In this document: piece after piece, positions 29,072 to 36,773 of the stretch
How the letters are laid out: the number at the start of each line of letters is the position of its first letter
Numbering within the stretch: the stretch's first letter is position 1
Assembly: GCA_002773855.1 (NCBI GenBank)
Contig: PEZY01000012.1
Coordinates: 297,613 to 361,612, forward strand
Direction of reading: 5' to 3'
Length of the DNA stretch: 64,000 nucleotides
Source: Candidatus Buchananbacteria bacterium CG10_big_fil_rev_8_21_14_0_10_33_19
Lineage (GTDB): Bacteria > Patescibacteriota > Patescibacteriia > 2-01-FULL-39-33
Program-made: the position numbers and the translations under genes
Notes under the pieces: model-generated
What the model was told of the DNA's origin: nothing
The model's database searches: none
What the model saw: the letters and a program-made list of their open reading frames with translations, nothing else

Positions 29072-29497
29072 AGTTTATAAAGTTTATAAAGTCCTTAAAG
29101 TAAGAATAATTTTTATAAGCTCTTGATAAGACCAGATAGTATTTTAGATATTTCTAGCGATAAATTATAATATTTTTCAAAATTATCTTGTGATATATAT
29201 TTTAATTCTTTAGCTATATATAACATCGATCTAACTTCAGCGCATGATCCCTTGGCAATAAATAAAAAATGTTTAAATTCATTGTCACCTTTTCTTTCAA
29301 AGCCCTCAGATATGTTATTCATTATTGACACGGAAGCACGTTGAATTTGATCTTTGAATCCAAAATCACGAGAATTATCAAACTGTCTGTAAATATTTAT
29401 TGTCAAAATTTTTGCTTTTTTCCAGGCAATAATATCTTCAAATTTATCTATTTTCATAAAATAACTTTATAGACATTTGACTTTATAGACTTTCGAC
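29072..29497. repeat. Inverted 9-bp tandem arrays flanking the four helix bundle gene
   Basis: Left AGTTTATAA AGTTTATAA AGTCCTTAA (29072-29098); right ACTTTATAG..ACTTTATAG ACTTTCG (29464-29495). Confidence 0.7.
29113..29457 (-). CDS. Four helix bundle protein (23S rRNA intervening-sequence protein family)
   Basis: FEDI.AW.KA; DFGFKDQIQRASVSIMNNI.EGFER; FL.IAKGS..EVRS.L. Confidence 0.93.
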   Translation of the reverse strand: MKIDKFEDIIAWKKAKILTINIYRQFDNSRDFGFKDQIQRASVSIMNNISEGFERKGDNEFKHFLFIAKGSCAEVRSMLYIAKELKYISQDNFEKYYNLSLEISKILSGLIKSL

Positions 29498-31860
29498 TAC
29501 CTTATGGTTATATTATATTCCTTTTTTAATTTATCGACAACTTTATCATGAACTTTTTGGGCTTCTGTTAGCTCTAATGTTTTATTATCATCCCGATAAT
29601 TAATTCTGATAGCCAAAGCTTTTTTGCCGGTGGGAATTTTTTCACCTTGATAAACCGATAAAAATAAAACTTGTTTTATTAAGTCATTAAAATCTTTAAC
29701 AGTATTTACAACGTCGCTGTACAAAATATCTTCTTCAATTTCCATCGAAATATCTAAATCAATCCCAGGAAATTTAGCAATTGGTTTGTAAGTTGAGCTG
29801 TCTTTAATGAATTCTGCTAACTTGGAAAAATCAATTTCAGCTAGAGCGACATTCTTTTTGATACCAAATAATTGTAAATTTTCTTTGTTTATGATACCAA
29901 TTGTTCCAATGGATTTTTCGTTGATTATAATTTCGGCTGATTCATTGCTGCTCCAGTAGAGATTAGTCTTTTTAATGGGTTGGGTGGTAAAATCTTCAAT
30001 ATTCAATTTTTGCAGGACTACTGCCAGAGCTCCTTTAACATCAAAAAACGCTTTATCTTTTGAATCCTCAGCCATGGCAATACATAAATCTGTTTTTTCA
30101 GTTGGTAGTTCTTTAGGATTATTGATGTATGATTTGCTGAGTTCAAATATTTTTAAATCACTCACCATTCTTTCATTTTCTTTAATAGATTGTAATAGGC
30201 CCGGTACCAATGAGACGCGCATATATTCAAAATCACCAGATAATGGGTTGGCTATTTTTACGTGATCATTTACATCTAAACCAGAGCTTTTAATTAATTT
30301 TTCTGAAATAAATGAATAATTAATATTTTCGCTGTAGCCTAAGCCCACTAAAGTGTCTTTGATTTTATCCTCTTGTTGAAATATTTTTTTCTGATCGTTA
30401 CCTGTTGGTAAATCGCCAGTCATTAACTTGGCTGGTAATTTATGATAACCGTAAACTCTAGCAATCTCTTCGATTAAATCATGTGGCCCCTCGATGTCAT
30501 TGTTTCTAAAATATGGCACCTCGACTTTAATGTCGCCAGTACCAGATACTTTGAAACCTAATTTTTCTAAAATAGATTTTACCTCAGCTGGTTTAATCTC
30601 TATGCCCAATATTCTTTTAATATCATCGCTTGGTAAATTAACAGTTTTAATTTTAAATGAATAACTAGACTCATCAATTAATTTTGAAGCCACTTTACCG
30701 TTAGCTAATTCAACTACCAATTCTATGGCTCTTAAAATAGCTGGTGTAGTGTTTTCTGGTGCCAAGCCCTTCTCAAATAAATTAGAGCTATCAGAATGTA
30801 AATTTAGAGCTCTGGCTGTCTTTCTAATTGATAGTTGATCAAAATTGGCTGCTTCTAAAACAATAGTCTTAGTCTCGTCGGTCGCGGCTGAAAGTTCGCC
30901 ACCCATAATACCGGCTACAGCTACAGGATCTTTTTTGTCGGCAATAACTAGCGAGTCTTCAATTAATTCATAATTTTTACCATCCAAAGCTAAAAGCTTT
31001 TCACCTTTTTTGGCACCCCTAATTATTATTTCTTGACCAGCTAATTTATTATAATCAAAAACATGCATTGGTTGGCCAAATTCTAATAAAATATAATTAG
31101 TAATATCGACTAAATTGTTAATTGGTCTAAGTCCAGCCGATAGTAATCTTTGTTGCATCCAGAGCGGTGAACTTTCAACTTTAATGTCAGTCATAACAAT
31201 CGCTTGGTAACGTGAACAGAGTTTTGATTCTTTAACACTAACATCTAATTTTAATTCTTTGTTGATTTTAAGATTTGGCTTTGATTCTTCGTAAGTAAAT
31301 TTAACATCCAAAATAGCCGAAGCTTCACGAGCTAAACCAATAATATTCATAGCGTCTGGACGATTGGAAGTGACTTCAATATCAAAAATATAATCATCTA
31401 AGTTCATCACTTTCTCTAGTGGTAGTCCAACTTTGGTGTAGGCTGGTAAAATGTAAATCCCCGTGTGATCTTCACCAATGCCTAATTCTTTTTGAGAGCA
31501 CATCATGCCAGCACTTTCGACGCCTCGTAGACTAGCCTTTTTAACTTCAAAGCCAGATACTTCCCCGCCCACTGTTACTACTGGTACTTTTTGACCGACT
31601 GCAATATTAGGAGCACCACAAACAATTTGGAGTGGTTCTTTGGCACCCACATCAACTTGGCAAACCTGTAATTTGTCAGCAGAAGCATGCTTCTCAATCG
31701 AAATGATTTCACCAATGACTACTTTTTTAAAAGTTGGTGTGAGTTCATGAATATAATCGATAGTGGGGCCACTGATAGTTAATTTTTTGGCAAAATCACG
31801 AGCACTATCTTTAGTAGTGACGTATTCTTTTAGCCAATTGTAGGAAAAATTTAGGTTCAT
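29497..31860 (-). CDS. pheT: Phenylalanine--tRNA ligase beta subunit
   Basis: SYNWLKEY; IVCGAPN; S.GMMCS..ELG; NRPD; DLIEEIARVYGY; start ATG 31860. Confidence 0.97.
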   Translation of the reverse strand: MNLNFSYNWLKEYVTTKDSARDFAKKLTISGPTIDYIHELTPTFKKVVIGEIISIEKHASADKLQVCQVDVGAKEPLQIVCGAPNIAVGQKVPVVTVGGEVSGFEVKKASLRGVESAGMMCSQKELGIGEDHTGIYILPAYTKVGLPLEKVMNLDDYIFDIEVTSNRPDAMNIIGLAREASAILDVKFTYEESKPNLKINKELKLDVSVKESKLCSRYQAIVMTDIKVESSPLWMQQRLLSAGLRPINNLVDITNYILLEFGQPMHVFDYNKLAGQEIIIRGAKKGEKLLALDGKNYELIEDSLVIADKKDPVAVAGIMGGELSAATDETKTIVLEAANFDQLSIRKTARALNLHSDSSNLFEKGLAPENTTPAILRAIELVVELANGKVASKLIDESSYSFKIKTVNLPSDDIKRILGIEIKPAEVKSILEKLGFKVSGTGDIKVEVPYFRNNDIEGPHDLIEEIARVYGYHKLPAKLMTGDLPTGNDQKKIFQQEDKIKDTLVGLGYSENINYSFISEKLIKSSGLDVNDHVKIANPLSGDFEYMRVSLVPGLLQSIKENERMVSDLKIFELSKSYINNPKELPTEKTDLCIAMAEDSKDKAFFDVKGALAVVLQKLNIEDFTTQPIKKTNLYWSSNESAEIIINEKSIGTIGIINKENLQLFGIKKNVALAEIDFSKLAEFIKDSSTYKPIAKFPGIDLDISMEIEEDILYSDVVNTVKDFNDLIKQVLFLSVYQGEKIPTGKKALAIRINYRDDNKTLELTEAQKVHDKVVDKLKKEYNITIR

Positions 31861-31864
31861 AAAA

Positions 31865-32899
31865 TTAAAACTGATTAATAACTCGTAAATCATTTTTGTA
31901 TAACAATCTAATATCATCGATATTCAAGCCCGATTTCATCATATAACATCTTTCTACGCCCCAACCAAAGGCAAAGCCACTATAAACCTTAGGATCAATA
32001 CCACCCGCTTTTAAGACATTAGGGTGGACCATACCGGCGCCAGCTAGTTCTAGCCAGCCTTCTTTGCAAAGCTTGCAACCCTTGCCATGACAAACACCAC
32101 AAGAGATATCTACCTCAAAACTGGGTTCGGTAAATTGAAAGTGGTGTGGTCGTAGTCTAATTTCTCTATCTTCGCCAAAAAATCTTTTAACAAAATATTC
32201 TACCGTACCCTTGAGGTGGCTTATGTTTATGTCTTTATCAATAACCAAGCCTTCAAATTGATGAAACATTGGTGAATGAGAAGCATCGATTTGACGACGA
32301 TAAGTTTTGGAAATATTAGTCATACGAATTGGCAACTCCCCTTTTTCCATTTCCCGGACTTGGCCAGATGAAGTGTGCGGGGTTAATATCCGCTGACCTA
32401 ATTTTTTATTAATTGGTTCGCGATCAATAAAAAAAGTTTCCCATTCATCACGGGCTGGATGGCCAGCTGGCATATTTAGAGCTTCAAAGCCATAATAATC
32501 CCACTCGACTTCTGGATAGCGCTCTCTTTGAAAACCAATATCTTCGAAAATACCAGATATTTCTCTGATGGCTTGCGAGACCATATGAAGATGACCAACT
32601 GGTTGTTCGGTACCAGGTAAAGTTGGGTCAAAAGCAGTGTCAGAATTATTTTTATTTCCTAAATTAGATTTAATAGTCTCTAATTTATTAGTTAAAAATT
32701 GTTTTACTTCGTTGGCTAACTTGCCGACTGCTGGCATTTCTTCTTTGGGCACACTTTTCATTTCTTTCATTAGTAGTGTTAGAACCCCACTCTTTCTGCT
32801 AAGATATTTATTTTCCAAAGATTCTAAATCAACCAAAGATTTAATTTTTTCTGCTTCATCGTTGAATTCTTTTTTTAGTGCTTCTAATTTTGCCTTCAT
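31865..32899 (-). CDS. pheS: Phenylalanine--tRNA ligase alpha subunit
   Basis: ALNMPAGHPARD; HTS..QVR; FHQFEG; FTEPS.E; GMVHP.V; GFAFGWGVER; start ATG 32899. Confidence 0.97.
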   Translation of the reverse strand: MKAKLEALKKEFNDEAEKIKSLVDLESLENKYLSRKSGVLTLLMKEMKSVPKEEMPAVGKLANEVKQFLTNKLETIKSNLGNKNNSDTAFDPTLPGTEQPVGHLHMVSQAIREISGIFEDIGFQRERYPEVEWDYYGFEALNMPAGHPARDEWETFFIDREPINKKLGQRILTPHTSSGQVREMEKGELPIRMTNISKTYRRQIDASHSPMFHQFEGLVIDKDINISHLKGTVEYFVKRFFGEDREIRLRPHHFQFTEPSFEVDISCGVCHGKGCKLCKEGWLELAGAGMVHPNVLKAGGIDPKVYSGFAFGWGVERCYMMKSGLNIDDIRLLYKNDLRVINQF

Positions 32900-32967
32900 T
32901 TTTTTGAGACTAAATAATTTAGTAATGTAGCTATTATAGTCCCAAAATTGACTTTTAGTCAACATAA

Positions 32968-32989
32968 AAACCGCTCAAATGAGCGGTTT
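32968..32989 (-). terminator. Intrinsic terminator
   Basis: AAACCGCTCA-AA-TGAGCGGTTT with a T-tract on the minus strand. Confidence 0.7.
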
Positions 32990-33004
32990 AATAGTAAAAG
33001 TCAA

Positions 33005-33385
33005 TTATATTCTTTTTTTATAGCTTAAAAAGAAAAATTCTAAAACCACAACAGCGGCTACTAACAGGATGGTATTTAAGATATTTAACATTTTGGCACC
33101 TTGCAAGATTAAAATACTATCTACTAATAAAGCAAAGAAAAATGATTGCCTAAAAGAGGTGCCAACAATGCTGTATTCCAAGGAAAATTTATTGAAGGCT
33201 TTTCGAAAAGCAAAACTGGCTAAAAAGAAAGTGCCAAGGAGTGAAAATAATAAAGTTAAATAAAACAAAAGAAAACCAAAAAAATCAGTTTCGAAAGGAT
33301 TAATTTGTGAAACAATAGAAATCCAAATCACCCAGAATAAAATTGTAGCACAGGAAACAACGGTTAATAATTGCTTGATGTTCAT
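33005..33385 (-). CDS. Four-TM membrane protein
   Basis: Four hydrophobic segments; NP.......F.LFY and SFRQ motifs. Confidence 0.8.
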   Translation of the reverse strand: MNIKQLLTVVSCATILFWVIWISIVSQINPFETDFFGFLLFYLTLLFSLLGTFFLASFAFRKAFNKFSLEYSIVGTSFRQSFFFALLVDSILILQGAKMLNILNTILLVAAVVVLEFFFLSYKKRI

Positions 33386-33441
33386 AAAAAAAAATAATTT
33401 TATGTTATTAATTCTATTATAGCATAATTATTTGGACAAAT

Positions 33442-33578
33442 AAAAATCCCGTCGGTAAAGACGGGATTTAGAGAAGGGTGAACTGGAATGTTGTGAAACT
33501 GTATTTGAGAGAGAATCTCCAAACTAAAGTTGGAGAAATGCAATTTACAACATACCAGCATGAAATCCTTCCCTCAGT
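33442..33578 (-). ncRNA. Candidate structured small RNA (rod-like hairpin with its own promoter and terminator)
   Basis: TTGATT-17-TATAAT (33612..33584); nested stems GAGGGAAGG/CCCTTCTC, CTGG.ATGTTGT/ACAACAT.CCAG, CTCCAA/TTGGAG; terminator AAATCCCGTC-TTTACC-GACGGGATTTTT. Confidence 0.55.
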
Positions 33579-33803
33579 GAAAAATTATAGCACCCCTAAA
33601 AAATACAATCAATCTTTTTTTTAATTTTTCTGTGGATAAAAAAAATCTCTTCCATTGCGCCGTTAAGTTTCTAAAAATACTTAGACACTTAACGGGGAAA
33701 AAGAAGAGAGATTTTCTAGTCCTAAGACTTTAACTTCCCCGGTCAAATTAATAAGTTAATTATTAATTTGATTAGGGAGAGGAAGTATCAATGACGCCTC
33801 CTC

Positions 33804-34037
33804 TCAAATGGTTTCGACTGTGATCAGTGCCGCTTCGCTTTTTCGAATGGCAATGACACTATCATAAATTTTAAGGCGCATAGGGTCACCTAGTGGAGCA
33901 AAGCCTAAAACTTCAATCCCCGCTCCCTCAATGAAGCCCATTTCTAGTAGTCGTTGAAAGACAGCAAATACTGTTTCTTTTATTTCTACGACTATACAAA
34001 ATTGGCAGGCGTGTAACTTATCTAGAGTGGTGGTCAT
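33804..34037 (-). CDS. feoA: Ferrous iron transport protein A (orphan; no feoB follows)
   Basis: RLLEMGF.EG..IEV...APLGDP....I....IAIRKSEA..I.V signature; GAGAGG SD. Confidence 0.9.
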   Translation of the reverse strand: MTTTLDKLHACQFCIVVEIKETVFAVFQRLLEMGFIEGAGIEVLGFAPLGDPMRLKIYDSVIAIRKSEAALITVETI

Positions 34038-34105
34038 AATATAAAACCTCTCTTAGATGATGAGCGGGCTGACAGATTGGATCTGCAGCCCGCTAAATGT
34101 TGGGG

Positions 34106-34324
34106 TTAGACAGCTTCGGGACGAAGCTGTCTCATGAAGTCGAAGCAGTCAACTGCTCTGTCCTCAAGGACATCGGAGCGATGTACTGGACAACGAGAGC
34201 ATGGCGACGTTTCGTCTTCACAGATGAGTCCGCGTTGCAGAATTTCTTCTGCGGACAGCGTCTCCAATTCTGACATGGGATGGGCATGAGGACAATCCTC
34301 ACATTCGTTATGACACATGGCCAT
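34106..34324 (-). CDS. Small Cys/His-rich hypothetical protein
   Basis: AAGGAG SD; CHNECEDCPH and C...PCSRCPVH...C motifs. Confidence 0.65.
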   Translation of the reverse strand: MAMCHNECEDCPHAHPMSELETLSAEEILQRGLICEDETSPCSRCPVHRSDVLEDRAVDCFDFMRQLRPEAV

Positions 34325-34385
34325 AGCATTTCTCCTTATTCGGTTGCAATTGATCTAGTCCGAGAAATTCGGGCTAGTAAAAGAG

Positions 34386-34535
34386 CTACTGGGGATATTC
34401 CATTTCAGGGAAATGGAGGTCGAAACAGTCTGGACAATAGCCATGGCTAATGTCTCTCCTACCTTCGACGGACTGCTCTGTCCATGAGCCGTCAGTTTGA
34501 CGAACCTTTTTACATACGCAACATTGAACTACCAT
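34386..34535 (-). CDS. Stand-alone CxxC...SHGxCPxC zinc-finger peptide (49 aa)
   Basis: GGAGG SD before ATG 34535; MVVQCCVCKKVRQ.DGSW...ISHGYCPDC. Confidence 0.75.
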   Translation of the reverse strand: MVVQCCVCKKVRQTDGSWTEQSVEGRRDISHGYCPDCFDLHFPEMEYPQ

Positions 34536-34551
34536 TGATGTACCTCCATAG

Positions 34552-34859
34552 TTGAATTTTCCCCACAACGATACGAAGCAAGTTTGAACAAAATGGTCGG
34601 TCTCTTATAATATATATTTATTTGTACCGGTTTTGTCAAGTTTGCTTGTTAGTAGACCTACTAGTAAATATTTTTTGTTTATAAACTTTTATAATTTTGA
34701 GATAAATTTTTCAAATAATCTTTGCGGTTTAGAGGTTCTAAATTAAAAAGATTTTTGGAAATTTAGTCGAAATTTATAAGTTTTAACAAAAAGGTATTTA
34801 CTAGTGGGTCTACACCTAGCATGTCCCTCCTTCGTATCGGCGTGGAGAAAATTCTCCAA
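34552..34859. other. About 300-nt nested inverted-repeat structure
   Basis: Outer stem AATTTTCCCCACAACGATACGAAG / CTTCGTATCGGCGTGGAGAAAATT; inner hairpins at about 34577-34647 and 34652-34813. Confidence 0.65.
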
Positions 34860-35001
34860 TCGCCAGTTCATTAGAACAACTAATAGAGGATGACTGATGA
34901 AAAATAGATTTCATAAGGCCCTATTATGGTTGTGACCCGAAACATATAATTCGTAATTTGTTCCCTCCCCTATATGATTGTTCTAAAATAAATTTAATGT
35001 A

Positions 35002-35092
35002 CTCTTCAAAACTATCCCGTCAAATTGATTTCAATTCCCTCATAATTAACATTTTCTGGAATATTCTTTTTTAACAAGATAGTTTTGAGGAG
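35002..35092. repeat. Palindromic module, copy A
   Basis: CTCTTCAAAACTATCCCGTCAAA ... TTTAACAAGATAGTTTTGAGGAG (19/23 paired). Confidence 0.8.
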
Positions 35093-35274
35093 AAATCTTT
35101 ATGGTTATTATGATTTCTCCAGATTTTGCTGGCGAGTATTATTTTCAAGTGGCATCCTCTACTGGTTGAAAAATAGTAGCCCTTTTCTCTAAATACGCAG
35201 ATCAGGCCACCAACTACTCGATAAGTGTGTAAAATTTTACCGTAACGAACTTCTAATAACTCTGATTGTGACAT
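35071..35274 (-). CDS. Small hypothetical protein
   Basis: GGAGG SD before ATG 35274; the 3' end runs into repeat copy A. Confidence 0.5.
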   Translation of the reverse strand: MSQSELLEVRYGKILHTYRVVGGLICVFREKGYYFSTSRGCHLKIILASKIWRNHNNHKDFSSKLSC

Positions 35275-35297
35275 CTCACTATCCTCCATGGTTTTTT

Positions 35298-35390
35298 ACC
35301 AGAACTATCCAGTCAATCGATTTTATTCCCTCCTTTGTATTTTTTATAAATCAAGAAATGGAACCCTCATATTGACAAGATAGTTTTGGT
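35298..35390. repeat. Palindromic module, copy B
   Basis: ACCAGAACTATCCAGTCAAT ... ATTGACAAGATAGTTTTGGT (17/20 paired). Confidence 0.8.
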
Positions 35391-35427
35391 GAGGAGCACG
35401 AGTTCAATGTCGTGCTCCTCTGTATCT

Positions 35428-35595
35428 TTACCTCCACGGTTGGTGGTAAAGACATGTTCCGTGGTGTTCGCGCATCATAAACACCACGGAAAGGTCCATT
35501 GACAATTTTCTGGCTACCTTAACAGCCCCAACAAAACTGTCAAATACATAGATAAAGTCTATGCAATCGCAGGTGTAACCAAATACTGTATACAT
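35428..35595 (-). CDS. Small hypothetical protein (55 aa)
   Basis: GAGGAG SD before ATG 35595; followed by hairpin GAGGAGCACGA..TCGTGCTCCTC (35391-35420). Confidence 0.65.
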   Translation of the reverse strand: MYTVFGYTCDCIDFIYVFDSFVGAVKVARKLSMDLSVVFMMREHHGTCLYHQPWR

Positions 35596-35626
35596 AAATT
35601 TCTCCTCTCGTTGTTGAAATGTACTA

Positions 35627-35705
35627 CCCAAAACTATCTAGCCAATCCCGTAAATCCTCTAAATTGATTTAAGTAGAATCAGCAGATTAGCGAGATGGTT
35701 TTGGG
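35627..35705. repeat. Palindromic module, copy C
   Basis: CCCAAAACTATCTAGCCAATC ... GATTAGCGAGATGGTTTTGGG (18/21 paired). Confidence 0.8.
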
Positions 35706-35981
35706 AGGGGCTGGACATCACAGGTCCAGCCCCAGAAAGGTTGAGTGCGCATGGACAACACACCCAAGAATGAAGATTGTCGGATCAAAGATCCTTATCA
35801 GGGCGACGCATCTAGATAACTAGCTGCCGCCCTTATAAGGAGCTTCGAATCTTTTTAACAAGAGATTAAAAGATTCACTCCCTTAAAACAAAAGAACCCT
35901 GGTTGGAGAGAGAGGGTTCCTTTGCGGTGACCACTATAATAAATATACTGGTGGTTTTTTCTCTCTCCTTATTGTGCTAGC

Positions 35982-36010
35982 ATTATATCATATAACAGTA
36001 ATCTTGTCAA
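35982..36010 (-). promoter_or_regulatory. Consensus sigma70 promoter facing the small-ORF island
   Basis: TTGACA(36010-36005)-17-TATAAT(35987-35982) with TG extension. Confidence 0.75.
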
Positions 36011-36172
36011 GTATATTGCTGGTTTTTTGCTAAAAATTAGCTAAAATTAGCTAATATTATAAACTTGTCAATATGATAAAATTGTGATGTAATATAGTTT
36101 TATGAAATTTAGTTACTTAGTATTTCTTATATTCGTTATTCAATGAGTTATATATCTTATCTCTTTCTATCT

Positions 36173-36576
36173 GTTACTTTTGTACCGCCAAAAGTAACCA
36201 AAAGCTCGCAAACGTAAAAAATCATGGCAATTTTATATCAGCTCGCTAGAGCCAATTAAACAAAACAGCGACCTAATAATTGTCTCTAACGCTCGCCTTG
36301 ATATAAAATTGACACAATATTTTTTAATGTTTGCATTTTTTATAATAAATATATAAATAAATTCGAGCATATGAAAAATTAAGTAGAAAAACAATAATAA
36401 ATTAAGCGTTTGTGAGTTGTCTACGAACAAATTTTTCGCATGTCTGAGCCATTTTCGACCTATCTAAATAAATAGAAAATGGTGAGTTCGGAAAATAGCG
36501 AAGATTTATTATAGTTTTTCCTTAATTTTATCATCGCTCGTAGTTTTTGTGTTACTTTTTGCTATCAAAAAGTGAC
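36173..36576. mobile_element. Candidate non-autonomous (MITE/REP-like) element bounded by two similar hairpins
   Basis: GTTACTTTTG-N6-CAAAAGTAAC (36173-36198) and GTTACTTTTTG-N4-CAAAAAGTGAC (36551-36576); long internal hairpins; no credible ORF. Confidence 0.5.
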
Positions 36577-36735
36577 GAGAAAAGTTATTAAAAAATGAGA
36601 TTGCTTCTTACCTCGCAATGACGTTTGTAGATGGAGTGTAAAGTAATAGAAATAAAGAAAATAATCTCTCTACCTCCCCCACCCGTATAGTTGCGGTCGA
36701 TATGACATGATAAAATAAAATAAAATTATAGATAA

Positions 36736-36763
36736 AAAAGACTAGTCATATGACTAGTCTTTT
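36736..36763 (-). terminator. Perfect 28-bp palindrome/terminator after the helicase gene
   Basis: AAAAGACTAGTCAT-ATGACTAGTCTTTT. Confidence 0.7.
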
Positions 36764-36773
36764 AAAAGCATAA

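Noticed and set aside
29113-29457. Diversity-generating retroelement (Avd-like gene)
   Set aside because: No reverse transcriptase or TR/VR pair is visible in the window.
33631-33639. DnaA box TTATCCACA (minus strand) as an origin
   Set aside because: A single box, and gene orientation indicates the terminus rather than oriC.
35002-35705. CRISPR array or canonical integron
   Set aside because: Repeats are 80-90 bp, diverged and separated by 200-240 bp of coding DNA. There are no cas genes, no GTTRRRY attC core, and the recombinase looks like Xer rather than IntI.
35915-35965. c-di-GMP-I riboswitch (AAACC...GG...CGCAAAG resemblance)
   Set aside because: No GNRA tetraloop and no second stem with its receptor; kept only as an unknown leader.
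36233-36430. 65-aa ORF within the hairpin-bounded element
   Set aside because: No SD or protein motif; it lies across inverted repeats and is probably non-coding.
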